Positions 37,100-47,642 of a DNA stretch of 64,000 nucleotides are shown in pieces (the stretch's first letter is position 1; each line of letters begins with the position of its first letter). Below the pieces are notes generated by a model. The model ran no database searches. It was not told the DNA's origin and worked only from the letters and a program-made list of their open reading frames with translations. The stretch lies in NCBI RefSeq assembly GCF_988242995.1, contig NZ_OZ547043.1; one strand, written 5' to 3'. The position numbers and the translations under genes are program-made.

Positions 37100-37142
37100 A
37101 AAAAGAAACGCCCCGGTGAGCGGCTGCTCGTCCGGGGGCGCT
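37100..37142 (-). terminator. rho-independent terminator downstream of ndk
   Basis: Minus strand: GCCCCGG ...loop... CCGGGGC stem followed by GTTTCTTTTTTC, ~60 nt after the ndk stop. Confidence 0.55.
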
Positions 37143-37200
37143 GCATTGTACAAATTCTGGCGCACGGATGCCACGTTTGCACGCGGCATTTACGAAATTA

Positions 37201-37632
37201 TTAACGGGTGCGCGGGCACACTTCGCCTTCGCCGAAGAAATAAGCGATTTCGCGAGCGGCAGATTCGACGGAATCAGAACCGTGGGTACCATTTTCGGTC
37301 AGGCTGTCAGCGTAATCAGCACGCAGAGTACCGGCCAGTGCATTTGCCGGATTGGTCGCGCCCAGCAGATCGCGGTGACGCTGAACAGCATTTTCACCTT
37401 CCAGCACGGAAACAACGATCGGGCCAGAAGTCATGAATTCAACCAGACCATCAAAGAACGGTTTTCCATCGTGTTCAGCATAAAAGCCACGAGCCTGTTC
37501 AACGGTCAGGTGCAGCATTTTGGTGCCGACAATTTTGAACCCTGCAGCTTCAAAGCGCGCAAAGATATTACCAATGACGTTTTTTGCTACCGCGTTCGGT
37601 TTGATGATGGAAAAAGTACGTTCAATAGCCAT
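37201..37632 (-). CDS. ndk: nucleoside diphosphate kinase
   Basis: ORF track; [28 protein letters not shown], 143 aa. Confidence 0.96.
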
Positions 37633-37780
37633 TTTTACCTCTGTAAATTGTTCTGTTGTTGTCTGTACCAGCGTACGAGATGGCGCGGATTATAATGAGC
37701 AACAGGGCCGTTGACTATTGATGAAGGTAACATTTTTTTAAAATAAACCTAGTTTAAGCAACAATCAGGGACAAAACAGA

Positions 37781-40093
37781 CTATTGCATGACAAATTTCA
37801 CTGTCGCGATTTGCCCCACGTCATCCATCACCAGCAATTGATAATCGCCTTTATCCGTCAAATGCAGGGTCACGTTGCGCCCGCGTTCAGTTAACGGTTC
37901 GCCGTTTAGAAACCACCAGCGTTCACCTGCCCCTCCACTTGATTGCAACGGCAAAGTCGCTTCCGCTGCGCCCGGTAAACGTTTAATAATCGCGCCATCG
38001 CGAACACCTGTCAGCTGCAGTGGGAGTTGTGCATCGTGACCGTATGGCGGGCAAATTGTCGAGGCCGGTGGTAAGCGCACAGCGCGGCGTTCTGATGCGG
38101 GCAACCAGGGTTCCAGCGGTAGCGGCCAGACATTTATCATTTCTTGTCGCGCCTGAGGGCAATCAGCGGCAACACGTTTGCCGTTTTCATCCAGCCAGAT
38201 GGGGAAACGAATGCCATTAATGCCTTCCTGCTCCGGCAGTAATAGAGTTGGCGGCTGACTCCCGTCCAGCAGCCAGGTTGCCAGGCGGCGGCGACAGTTA
38301 CCGTCACCTTCCGGCAAAGACTGTCCGCCTGGCCAACAGATAACGCCACGAGTGACTGAGTTCGGGCGCGGGTCTTCCGGCAGATTCGCACTGCGCGACA
38401 GTAAGATATTATTGACCTGATTCAACAATGGTACGGCACTGGCAAAGCCAAACTGACCAACAACGGGCGTGCCGTCCGGTCTGCCAGTCCAGATCCCAAT
38501 AACATAGCGAGCGTTAACCCCAATCGCCCAGGCATCACGATAGCCATAGCTGGTGCCCGTTTTCCATGCCAGTGGGGCGACGCGCGGCAAGGCACTATCC
38601 GGTAAGGGTTGCGCTTCATCAGCCATAATCCGGCGAATGATCCACGCCGCCCCCGACGACATTAAAGGCCGTTCAAGCAGCGGATCGTCAGGCTGTAAGC
38701 GCAATTTACCTGCCTTGCCGTGGCGAGCAAACGCGGTATAGGCCGCCGCCATATCCCCCAGTTTTGCACCAGCGCCGCCGAGAATGAGCGAAAGATTCGG
38801 CGCAGCGCCGTTGGGCAGATACAACGGCAATCCAACATTGCGTAATTTTGCCGCAAACCGTTTCGGTCCATAGGCTTCCAGCACCTGCACAGCAGGTAAA
38901 TTCAGCGAGCGCACCAGCGCCTCGCTCATGCTGATCGGGCCATGAAAACCGCTATCAAAGTTACCTGGTCGATAATCACCGGTGCGCCGGGGAACGTCTT
39001 GCAGCAGTGATGCCGGGTGGATCAAGCCTTCATCCAGCGCCAGACCATAAACAAACGGTTTGAGCACCGATCCTGGCGATCGGATCGCATTGACCATATC
39101 AACATGACCAAAGCGTGAATCATCGTTGAGATCAACCGAACCCACCCAGCCGCGAACACGCATATCGGTATGATCAACCACGATCATCGCCAGTGAGCTG
39201 CGCGGTGGTAATCGTCCTTTCCAGTTTTGCGCCAGTTCTTCCAGACGTCGTTGAAGACCGGCATCCAGCGTCGTAACGATTTTGTCGCTTTTGCTTTTAC
39301 CGAGCATCATGCGCGAAAACAGCGGTGCCAGTTGCGGCATTTGTCGGGGGGCCAGCCAGATGGGTTCTTCCCTTGATTCTTTTACCTGCTCACGGGACCA
39401 CACACCTTGCGCAGCCATCCGTTCGAGCACTTTATTACGCGCGGCTTCGGCACGTTCCGGCCAGCGATCCGGGCGAAGACGGCTGGGCGCTTGCGGCAAC
39501 ACCGCCAGCATTGCCGCCTCGGAATAGCTTAAATTCGCAGGCGATTTTCCGAGATAAGCCCAACTTGCCGCACCGATCCCCTGCAACGTACCGCCAAACG
39601 GGGCACGGTTAAGATACAAGGTCAGAATTTCACGCTTAGACAGATGCCACTCCAGTTGCAACGCGCGCCAGAGCTGGCGAATTTTGCCGCCAAATGTTTT
39701 GGGGTGAGGATCAAGCAGACGAGCAACCTGCATAGTGAGCGTGCTGCCACCGGAAATAACCCGTCCCGAAGTGAGATCTTGCCATGCTGCGCGCGCCACC
39801 GAGAATGGATTCACCCCCGGATGCTTCCAGAACCAGCGATCTTCATAATTGATCAGCGCTTCAAGGTAACGTGGAGAAACATCTTCGATTGTTACCGGAT
39901 AACGCCAGATGCCTTCCGCATCGGCAAAGCGCCAGAGCGGCGTCCCATCCTGCGCCACAACCACTCGTGCGGGATTGACTTCATGCAGCGGTAGAGGCCA
40001 GAGTTTATCTGCTCCCCACGCTGCAAGAAAAAGGAGAAAGGGCGCAGCTGCCAGCGTTATCCAGCAGCCGCGTTTGGTTAACAGGCGAGGCAT
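37781..40093 (-). CDS. pbpC: penicillin-binding protein 1C (bifunctional glycosyltransferase/transpeptidase)
   Basis: ORF track; 770 aa; start ATG abuts the yfhM stop. Confidence 0.94.
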   Translation of the reverse strand: MPRLLTKRGCWITLAAAPFLLFLAAWGADKLWPLPLHEVNPARVVVAQDGTPLWRFADAEGIWRYPVTIEDVSPRYLEALINYEDRWFWKHPGVNPFSVARAAWQDLTSGRVISGGSTLTMQVARLLDPHPKTFGGKIRQLWRALQLEWHLSKREILTLYLNRAPFGGTLQGIGAASWAYLGKSPANLSYSEAAMLAVLPQAPSRLRPDRWPERAEAARNKVLERMAAQGVWSREQVKESREEPIWLAPRQMPQLAPLFSRMMLGKSKSDKIVTTLDAGLQRRLEELAQNWKGRLPPRSSLAMIVVDHTDMRVRGWVGSVDLNDDSRFGHVDMVNAIRSPGSVLKPFVYGLALDEGLIHPASLLQDVPRRTGDYRPGNFDSGFHGPISMSEALVRSLNLPAVQVLEAYGPKRFAAKLRNVGLPLYLPNGAAPNLSLILGGAGAKLGDMAAAYTAFARHGKAGKLRLQPDDPLLERPLMSSGAAWIIRRIMADEAQPLPDSALPRVAPLAWKTGTSYGYRDAWAIGVNARYVIGIWTGRPDGTPVVGQFGFASAVPLLNQVNNILLSRSANLPEDPRPNSVTRGVICWPGGQSLPEGDGNCRRRLATWLLDGSQPPTLLLPEQEGINGIRFPIWLDENGKRVAADCPQARQEMINVWPLPLEPWLPASERRAVRLPPASTICPPYGHDAQLPLQLTGVRDGAIIKRLPGAAEATLPLQSSGGAGERWWFLNGEPLTERGRNVTLHLTDKGDYQLLVMDDVGQIATVKFVMQ

Positions 40094-43000
40094 TTACGGT
40101 CTGACAATCAGCAGATCTTCAGCCGCGCCAGTCGCCCGCCATTGGGGAACATACATTGATTCCACCATCGGTTGCGGTACCTGATACGTTCCCGGCGTCA
40201 CCGCCCGCGCCAGATACACCAGCGTTACCGGTTGGTATTCATCAACGGCAACCGCCGCCACAAAGCGATCATCACGGAACTCAATGTGCTTAATGCTCGC
40301 CTGCTGCATCTGGTTCAGTAAGTTCTGCACTTCGCCACCACTTTGCTCCAGGCTGGCGCTACCGTTCGCCAGATTCTGGTTTTCCAGTTCCAGACCCGCA
40401 GGCAGCAGATCCACGACTAACGCATCCGGCACGCTGTTACTGGCTTTTACCTGCAACCAGACCAGCACCAGATCGCCGCTACGTAACGAGTCCAGCGATT
40501 TACTCTGACCATCAGTACCAAGAATATGACGCTCGATTTGCAGCACATTGTTCGCCGGTAAAGGTGCGGATTGCGGATAACCGCTGGCATCCACACGCAG
40601 CCATAACGGCTGATCGCCACTGTTGGTCACCTGCAAGGTGGCAAGTTGATCGCTATTCAGATTGCTGTTTAGCGTTTTCTCGCCTGTCAGCGGCTCAGCT
40701 GAGAAAGAGGTTTGCGCCTGCCATTTACCCGGTAAATCCTGAATTGTACGGGCAGCCAGGAACAACGCGTTACTTTCCTGGGTCGATAGCCAGCGTTCAC
40801 CAAATGCCTGCTGCGAAAGCGTGTTCAGCAAAGTGTTCTGCTCATCGGGTAGCAGTTTATTTTCTTCCAGCAAGGAGAGCATCAACGCGTTGTCGCGCAG
40901 TGGACTACCGTAATCACCCAGCCATATCCGCTCATCACTATTACGCGGCGTTTTCAGCGCCAACGCAATTGCTTCTTCACCACGCGTCGCATCACCCATG
41001 GTTTTCAGCGCAACGCCAAGTTGCAGCAGCGGTAAACCAGAAGCGGCATCTGCACGATGCTCCCAGATTTCACGCAGCGCACCCAGTGGTGCTTTTTGCT
41101 GACGGGCCAGCACCAGCGCAGCGTAAGACTGTACGGCGAATTTACTGGCTTTGAGATTATCCGCGTACGGGATCGACATCATGCCCGGATCTTGTAAATA
41201 GCGCAGCAGACGCTCATTTCCCCGGTTAATGACGTCTGTCGGCACGCTGTACCCCTGCTCACCTGCGCGGACCAGGAAATCCATCACGTAAGCCGTCAGC
41301 CAGTACTCTTCGTCACCGTTTTTATCCCACAGCGCAAAGCCGCCGTTATCACGTTGCATTTGCAGCAAACGGGAAACGCCGATATCGACCGATGCACGGC
41401 GTTTCTCATCACTGTCGCCTTTGATGCCCAACGCCTGCAGTTGGGCTGCGTTGGTATAAAGTGACGGGAACAGGCCGCTGGCGGTTTGCTCAAGACACCC
41501 GTACGGATACGCTTTTAACTCTTTGATATAACGTGCGATGTTCAGCGGTGGTTTGCCGCTCAACAACAATTGCCCTTCCAGCGTAACAGGCGAGAAGTTT
41601 TGCAATCCATCCGCCGGAATCGCCCATGTCTCACCAGGCTGTAACGCCGTACCGTAATTAACCGTTTGTGCCGGGAACGCCGGACGGACGCCGATTTTCC
41701 ACTGCTTATGCTGATCGGCAACGGTTTCACCCGGTAACGCTAACCCGCTAATGGTGGCCTGAATTTCTCCATCGCCATAACCTTGCAATGCTCGCACCGG
41801 GATAAACAGCGTAGTACGCACACCTGGCGCTAATTCAACAGGTGCGGGAGAGTTGCTAACCAGTTCAAGCAAACCACTGGCGGTCAGGGCAACGTTCAGT
41901 TTTTGCGGTTTATCGGTAAGATTAGTGATATCCAGCGTCAGACGCGAGGTATCGCCACTCGCCATAAAGCGCGGCATGTTCAGTTCAGCAATCACCGGTG
42001 CGGCAACTATCACTTTGCTTTCGTTGCTACCGAAGTCATCTGCCGTCCAGGCTTGCGCCATGACGCGCAATTCACCGTTAAAATCGCCAATCGGCAGTGT
42101 AACCGAGCCTTCACCCTGTTCGTTGAGCGTTACCGGCAGCGCCTGCTGCGCGACAATATTGACGTGATTGACCGGCGGTTTACCACCACGTTTCAGCTCA
42201 TCACCATCGCCACCAAAACGCAGAGCTGCCAGACGCCCCTGACCTTCAATGACCTGACCGTAAATATCGTAAATGTCTGCACCATAGCGTTTCTGACCAA
42301 AGAACGCCTGCCACGGATCGGGGGTAACGTAATCAGTAATATTCAGCACACCGCTATCAACGGCAGACACCAGCACATTCACCTGTTTTGGCATCTCACC
42401 GTTTTTATTGCTGGCTTTAATTTTCACGGTTAATGGCTGATTGGGGCGCATTTGGGTGGGGGTTTCCAGCGCCAGATCGAGGCGACGGTTTTCATCACCA
42501 AGCGGCAGATGCAACACCCCAACCGCACGTTTTGGCGTCGCGGAGCGAGATTTATCGCCAGGACGTACCACCAGCGTACTTAAATACAGATCATGACGAT
42601 TCCAGGTTTTATCGACCGGAATCGTCAGATCCAGCCCTTGAGCCGGAACATCAATCTCTTGCCACCACAGCGGCCCTTCACTGGACTCGACCATCGCATA
42701 ACCTTTACCCGCCGTTGGCGCGGCAATATGCAACTTAATGGTATCGCCAGGGCGATAACTGGCTTTATCCAGTTTCAGCGTGACACGGTCGGGTCGCACG
42801 GCACCGCTCCCGTCGCTGTTGTCCTGCCAGCTATAGCCAGCCCAGAAACGCACACTACTGACCGCTTCATTCGGCGCTTTGACTTCCAGACGATAAGCGC
42901 CCCACTCTACCGGGAAACTGACCTTGCCGGTTTCGTCCGCTTTCAGATCCAGAGTTTGTTCATTTTCGATCAGATCTTTTTGATCAAACTGTGACTGCCA

Positions 43001-45055
43001 GCCTTCATCTTCTGACCAGTTCCAGTAGTAATCGCGGCGTTCGCGAATCAGGCGCACCTGCAAGCCCGACACGGCTTTTTTTACGCCTTGCGCATCGCTA
43101 TAAACGATGTCAAAAGCGGCGTTACTGCCTTCATCAACAATGGGCTGTTTCACCGTGCTGTCAGTGCGATAATCGTAAACCGATTTCGAGGCGAATTGCG
43201 GACGGATCCCCGGCAATGCATCGGCAGGCCAGATAGCCTGCTCAGCGCGGCGCGTCACCGGGCGACCGCCCGATTCCAGCAAACTACCCTGGAAAATAAC
43301 CTGCAATGGGGAATGCGTTTCCTTCCACTGGCTTTCTGTAGAAACTTCGCCACGCCCTTTATCATCCAGCGTCAACTGAACTTCATCCAGCGTGCGGGAA
43401 AGGTTTTCGGCAGCTATATCGCCGAATTCAAAACCAGGTAAGGCTGACACAGCCTCACGCAGTGGGCGCAGGAAAAGTTGCCCTTGCAAAGTATTACCAT
43501 TAGCAGGCGCACCATACAGGTAGTACCCCACCACGGAGAATTTCACTTCATCTTTCGGCGTTAGCGGGGTTTTCTCACCGGTCAGATTCAGCGCCATGCG
43601 CTCTGGCATAAAATCTTCGACGTGGAAATCCCACATCCGGTACTGGTTATCGCCCGTGTTAGCGCGAATATGCCACATACCGGTTGCCGCATTGCTATCG
43701 AGTGGCCAGGTAAAGTGGTAGAGGCCATTCTCCGGCTGACTAACAACGCTCCTGAGTACCTGCCCGTCGGGTTTAATCACGTCTAACCTGATGGGTTGAT
43801 CGGGCAATGCTTTACCATCTGCATCACGCAGTAAACCATTGAGGATGACTGTTTCACCAGGGCGATAAAGATCGCGCGGGCCAAACATAAAAAACTGTTT
43901 GCTATAGCCTGGCGCGCCAGCAATGTTAAATTCTGCTAAGTCCAGCGCTGGAAGTTTTAAATCGAGTAGCGTTGTCTGACCGTCTTTACGCGCCAGCAGT
44001 AATGCCGCGTTTTTATCATTTTCCAGCTGCACATGCCCCTGAGCGTCACTGGTTGCCTGAGTCAGAGTCTGCCCTTTCTCATTTAATAAAGAGACTTCAA
44101 TTCCTTGCTGGGCCGCGCCGTTTTCCAGACTTTGGGTAAAGATATCCAGACGATTGTGATAACGGTGAGCTGAAACGCCGATATCACTTAACGTAAACAG
44201 CGTCGCGGGATTACTGTAATCGTAACGTCCAGCCTGATTCATCACAGCCAGATACACGCCCGCCTGCTGAAGCGGTTTGATATCGCCCAGCGGCAGCAAT
44301 AATTTTTCACGGGTATTACGCGCAGGATTGAGATCAAACCGTCCGGTGTAGACCAGATCCGCCATCTGCAGCAGTTTGTCTGACTGCCAGTTCGCCAGCG
44401 AATTGCGGTATTCCCATTGGCTAATGAATGCTGGCAGAGATTCTGGCTTAACGCGGAAGAAGTTAACATCGACATTATTAACGTTGAGCGCCATTACCGG
44501 CAGCCCTTCAACGACTTTGCCAGGCAGCAGCGAACCACGGCTGGCAAAACCGACGCTGGGTTGGATGTCGCGGGTAGTTATAGTTTTTTCATAATCTTTA
44601 CTGAAGGTTGCGTTGTTGAGTGCTTTGACTTCCTTGCCAATAGTAACGATCAAATCACGTTTCGGTTCGAGGTGGCGTAAACGCAACTCTTTAAGATTAT
44701 CTGACAGCTCCCAGGCACCATCCACTTTGCCGATTTTCTTATCGACGACATGGATAACGCGTGAGAAATCCTGATCCGGGTCGAGAGGAATGGAGAACGT
44801 CAGCACCAGCGTGGCTGCGCCATCAAGTTGAACTTCAGAGAGATCCAGCAATGTCAGCGCCTTACCGGCACTCTGTTGGGCCAGTTTTTGTCGCTCCGGC
44901 GCGGAAAGTTTTGCTGAACTCACGTTTTCTGAAGAGGCCGCTTTAGTAACTTCAGAAGGCGCATCTTTTTTCACCGCTGTTGGCGCGTTATCGTTGTTGT
45001 CGCACCCTGCCAGCGCCAGCATTAGCATGCAGGCGGCTACGCGTAACTTTTTCAT
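40094..45055 (-). CDS. yfhM: alpha-2-macroglobulin family lipoprotein YfhM
   Basis: ORF track; 1653 aa; lipobox LAGC; thioester-site motif in ...AYPYGCLEQTASGLFP... Confidence 0.94.
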   Translation of the reverse strand: MKKLRVAACMLMLALAGCDNNDNAPTAVKKDAPSEVTKAASSENVSSAKLSAPERQKLAQQSAGKALTLLDLSEVQLDGAATLVLTFSIPLDPDQDFSRVIHVVDKKIGKVDGAWELSDNLKELRLRHLEPKRDLIVTIGKEVKALNNATFSKDYEKTITTRDIQPSVGFASRGSLLPGKVVEGLPVMALNVNNVDVNFFRVKPESLPAFISQWEYRNSLANWQSDKLLQMADLVYTGRFDLNPARNTREKLLLPLGDIKPLQQAGVYLAVMNQAGRYDYSNPATLFTLSDIGVSAHRYHNRLDIFTQSLENGAAQQGIEVSLLNEKGQTLTQATSDAQGHVQLENDKNAALLLARKDGQTTLLDLKLPALDLAEFNIAGAPGYSKQFFMFGPRDLYRPGETVILNGLLRDADGKALPDQPIRLDVIKPDGQVLRSVVSQPENGLYHFTWPLDSNAATGMWHIRANTGDNQYRMWDFHVEDFMPERMALNLTGEKTPLTPKDEVKFSVVGYYLYGAPANGNTLQGQLFLRPLREAVSALPGFEFGDIAAENLSRTLDEVQLTLDDKGRGEVSTESQWKETHSPLQVIFQGSLLESGGRPVTRRAEQAIWPADALPGIRPQFASKSVYDYRTDSTVKQPIVDEGSNAAFDIVYSDAQGVKKAVSGLQVRLIRERRDYYWNWSEDEGWQSQFDQKDLIENEQTLDLKADETGKVSFPVEWGAYRLEVKAPNEAVSSVRFWAGYSWQDNSDGSGAVRPDRVTLKLDKASYRPGDTIKLHIAAPTAGKGYAMVESSEGPLWWQEIDVPAQGLDLTIPVDKTWNRHDLYLSTLVVRPGDKSRSATPKRAVGVLHLPLGDENRRLDLALETPTQMRPNQPLTVKIKASNKNGEMPKQVNVLVSAVDSGVLNITDYVTPDPWQAFFGQKRYGADIYDIYGQVIEGQGRLAALRFGGDGDELKRGGKPPVNHVNIVAQQALPVTLNEQGEGSVTLPIGDFNGELRVMAQAWTADDFGSNESKVIVAAPVIAELNMPRFMASGDTSRLTLDITNLTDKPQKLNVALTASGLLELVSNSPAPVELAPGVRTTLFIPVRALQGYGDGEIQATISGLALPGETVADQHKQWKIGVRPAFPAQTVNYGTALQPGETWAIPADGLQNFSPVTLEGQLLLSGKPPLNIARYIKELKAYPYGCLEQTASGLFPSLYTNAAQLQALGIKGDSDEKRRASVDIGVSRLLQMQRDNGGFALWDKNGDEEYWLTAYVMDFLVRAGEQGYSVPTDVINRGNERLLRYLQDPGMMSIPYADNLKASKFAVQSYAALVLARQQKAPLGALREIWEHRADAASGLPLLQLGVALKTMGDATRGEEAIALALKTPRNSDERIWLGDYGSPLRDNALMLSLLEENKLLPDEQNTLLNTLSQQAFGERWLSTQESNALFLAARTIQDLPGKWQAQTSFSAEPLTGEKTLNSNLNSDQLATLQVTNSGDQPLWLRVDASGYPQSAPLPANNVLQIERHILGTDGQSKSLDSLRSGDLVLVWLQVKASNSVPDALVVDLLPAGLELENQNLANGSASLEQSGGEVQNLLNQMQQASIKHIEFRDDRFVAAVAVDEYQPVTLVYLARAVTPGTYQVPQPMVESMYVPQWRATGAAEDLLIVRP

Positions 45056-45261
45056 TTTTCATCCCTGCCACAATGGCCCGTTAGCAACGTCGAATAATTA
45101 TTATGCGTGAGAATTTACGTTATGTAATTCAGTATCACGCCCATACAATCCGAATTTTAGTGAGAATTGTGGCTCAGACAGCCAAATCAGCCTCTTTTGC
45201 TTGTCGCCTTTCACTAAACATCCGACAATTTAGCCTAACCCCGGCAAAAATGGAGATGCCT

Positions 45262-46107
45262 ATGTCCACGACATGGTTTGTAGGAGCCGACTGGCTCGCC
45301 GAACATATTGATGACCCGGAAATTCAGATTATCGATGCCCGCATGGCGTCGCCTGGACAGGAAGATCGTAACGTTGCTCAGGAGTATCTGAATGGACATA
45401 TTCCCGGCGCAGTGTTTTTTGATATAGAAGCGCTTTCTGATCACACTTCCCCGCTTCCACACATGCTGCCGCGCCCGGAAACGTTCGCCGTGGCGATGCG
45501 TGAATTAGGCGTTAACCAGGATAAGCACCTGATTGTCTATGACGAAGGTAATCTTTTCTCAGCCCCACGAGCATGGTGGATGCTGCGCACCTTTGGTGTA
45601 GAGAAAGTGTCGATTCTGGGTGGTGGACTTGCAGGCTGGCAGCGTGATGATCTGCTATTAGAAGAAGGCGCAGTAGAACTGCCGGAAGGAGAGTTTAACG
45701 CCGCGTTTAATCCTGAAGCCGTGGTGAAAGTCACCGATGTGTTATTGGCAAGCCATGAAAATACGGCGCAAATTATCGATGCCCGCCCGGCTGCACGTTT
45801 TAACGCAGAAGTTGATGAACCTCGCCCAGGTTTACGTCGCGGACATATTCCCGGTGCATTGAACGTTCCGTGGACGGAACTGGTGCGCGAAGGCGAACTA
45901 AAAACGACCGATGAACTGGATGCGATATTTTTTGGTCGCGGCGTCAGCTATGACAAACCGATTATCGTCAGCTGCGGCTCTGGTGTAACGGCAGCCGTGG
46001 TTTTGTTGGCACTCGCGACACTTGATGTGCCAAACGTGAAACTGTACGACGGCGCATGGAGTGAATGGGGCGCACGAGCAGATTTACCGGTTGAGCCCGT
46101 AAAATAA
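45262..46107 (+). CDS. sseA: 3-mercaptopyruvate sulfurtransferase (tandem rhodanese domains)
   Basis: ORF track 45103..46107; MSTTWFVGADWLAEHIDDPEIQIIDARM from the internal ATG with GGAG RBS, 281 aa; active-site Cys in ...IIVSCGSGVTAA... Confidence 0.93.
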   Translation: MSTTWFVGADWLAEHIDDPEIQIIDARMASPGQEDRNVAQEYLNGHIPGAVFFDIEALSDHTSPLPHMLPRPETFAVAMRELGVNQDKHLIVYDEGNLFSAPRAWWMLRTFGVEKVSILGGGLAGWQRDDLLLEEGAVELPEGEFNAAFNPEAVVKVTDVLLASHENTAQIIDARPAARFNAEVDEPRPGLRRGHIPGALNVPWTELVREGELKTTDELDAIFFGRGVSYDKPIIVSCGSGVTAAVVLLALATLDVPNVKLYDGAWSEWGARADLPVEPVK

Positions 46108-46123
46108 GCTTTTTACAGGCAAT

Positions 46124-46151
46124 AAAAAACCGCCGAATTTGGCGGTTTTTT
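46124..46151. terminator. bidirectional terminator hairpin after sseA (also the first unit of a reiterated element)
   Basis: AAAAAACCGCC gaattt GGCGGTTTTTT, 17 nt after the sseA stop. Confidence 0.7.
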
Positions 46152-46225
46152 ATTGCTGGTCTGGTTCGCGGCCTTTCCAGCAGGTTGTATTACTGCAAGT
46201 GTATCTCGTCAACTCAATACTCGCT
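46124..46225. repeat. direct repeat unit A (hairpin + ~75 nt) in the sseA-sseB spacer
   Basis: Shares AAAAAACCGCC..GGCGGTTTTTT(A/G)TTGCTGGTC(T/C)GGTTCGCGGCCTTTCCAGCAGGTTGTATTAC with unit B, roughly 85-90 percent identical by eye. Confidence 0.7.
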
Positions 46226-46387
46226 TTATGCATCAACGATGTCAAGTAGATAAAAAAGATAGATTTTGAATTCATTTGGCTTATCAGTCCGAATTCAGAC
46301 AAATATAAACAAATCCCGCTTAATATTAAAATATACTAACTGGTAAAAGATATTAGTTAAACGTGTAACTTCACTTTCTTTAAACAA

Positions 46388-46505
46388 CAAAAAACCGCCA
46401 AAATCAGGCGGTTTTTTGTTGCTGGTCCGGTTCGCGGCCTTTCCAGCAGGTTGTATTACCGTAGTAATGCAAGCGCGTCTCAGCGGAGACAATACTCGCC
46501 AGTAA
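46388..46505. repeat. direct repeat unit B in the sseA-sseB spacer; a third partial copy of its 3' part lies near 46625-46670
   Basis: Second copy of the hairpin-plus-downstream unit ~265 nt after unit A; the segment GCAAGCGCGTCTCAGCG recurs at ~46464 and ~46630. Confidence 0.7.
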
Positions 46506-46559
46506 CCCTCTTTTTGTCAAGCAAAAGAGAGTTATTATTGTTCTGTTAGTGTATTATCC

Positions 46560-46866
46560 ACTGCGGCCCTTTCCGCCGTCTCGCAAGCGGGCGCTGGCTT
46601 AAGGAAAGGATGTTCCGCGACCGTTAGAGCAAGCGCGTCTCAGCGCTTGCTATCGCGGCAATATCGCCAGTGGTGCTGTCGTGATGCGGTCTTCGCATGG
46701 ACCGCACAATGAAGATACGGTGCTTTTGTATCGTACTTATTGTTTCTGGTGCGCTGTTAACCGAGGTAAATAATAACCGGAGTCTCTCCGGCAACAATTT
46801 ACTGGTGGTTAACAAACTTCAGAACAGCAGGTAAGCCCGAATGCCGCCCTTTGGGGCGGCATATTT
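46560..46866 (+). ncRNA. ryfA: candidate ryfA transcript (small-protein mRNA / sRNA); 5' end not determined
   Basis: Position between sseA and sseB matches where ryfA lies in E. coli as recalled; ends at an intrinsic terminator (GCCGCCC tttg GGGCGGC + ATTTT) at ~46842-46866; no promoter confidently identified. Confidence 0.3.
46709..46834 (+). CDS. 41-codon small hydrophobic ORF inside the candidate ryfA transcript (TimP-like small membrane protein candidate)
   Basis: ATG...TAA translating to MKIRCFCIVLIVSGALLTEVNNNRSLSGNNLLVVNKLQNSR: one predicted TM helix then a polar tail; an in-frame ATG 12 nt upstream would add MDRT; below the ORF-track length cutoff. Confidence 0.35.
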   Translation: MKIRCFCIVLIVSGALLTEVNNNRSLSGNNLLVVNKLQNSR

Positions 46867-47642
46867 TAGATTATCCGATGCTGTTTAAAGTCACGCAAAA
46901 AACCACCCCAGCGACGTTCATAGAATGGCGCAATATGTTCGGTAATAAAGTGGCTAATTCCTTTTTCCCCTTTTTTCACCTGACAAATATCGATGGGTTC
47001 ATCGCCAGGTAATGTATCGGTCGCTACACTTCCCGCCGCCTGAATAATTTCTTCGATATCACCATCGGCTTCAATGCCAATAAGTAAATTAGGCTGTGCC
47101 TCTTCGTTCTCTTTAATTGAACAAATAAAAGCACGCTTCACCGGCTTAATAGTTTTAAATAAGGTGGTGAGTGAATCAATCATTTGTGCTGGCGGCTCTG
47201 CGACTTCCGATAATATCAGCGATTCACCCCCTTCCAGTACTTCCTGGCTACTCAGCGGATTTCCTTCTTCACCAATCAACAAACTGATTTCACGCGGCAT
47301 AAATTCTTTACCGGTCGGCAGTTTGGCATTAAGGAAGAGCGTTTCGCCAAGGGTCATCTCAAACAATGTGCGAACGGGCATTACGACAAATGCCTGTTCG
47401 TCTTCAACCGCCTGTTGAAGTGCTTCTAACGAGGTAAAAAAAGGAATGACGCTGGTGCCGTCTTCTTTTTCCCAGTGCTGTAAATCAAGCGCGCTATCTT
47501 CAACCACAGCCTCGCCCTGCGCCGCCGTACCCGGCACCCAGACGGTGGATTCCAGTAGAGTACGGAAAAAGGCCGGGCGGTGCGCCGGTTCGGTTGCTGC
47601 TTTTTTCAGCAGATCTTCAAGTTCGTTTTTTGTTTCGGACAT
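46866..47642 (-). CDS. sseB: SseB-family protein (enhanced serine sensitivity protein)
   Basis: ORF track 46866..47651; MSETKNELEDLLKKAATEPAHRPAFF from the internal ATG, 258 aa. Confidence 0.9.
   Translation of the reverse strand: MSETKNELEDLLKKAATEPAHRPAFFRTLLESTVWVPGTAAQGEAVVEDSALDLQHWEKEDGTSVIPFFTSLEALQQAVEDEQAFVVMPVRTLFEMTLGETLFLNAKLPTGKEFMPREISLLIGEEGNPLSSQEVLEGGESLILSEVAEPPAQMIDSLTTLFKTIKPVKRAFICSIKENEEAQPNLLIGIEADGDIEEIIQAAGSVATDTLPGDEPIDICQVKKGEKGISHFITEHIAPFYERRWGGFLRDFKQHRII

Noticed and set aside
46295..46815. Minus-strand ORFs of 65 aa (46295..46492) and 63 aa (46624..46815) in the sseA-sseB spacer
   Set aside because: They span the reiterated hairpin units or lie antisense to the candidate ryfA ORF, contain the terminator palindromes in-frame and have no RBS; more likely non-coding
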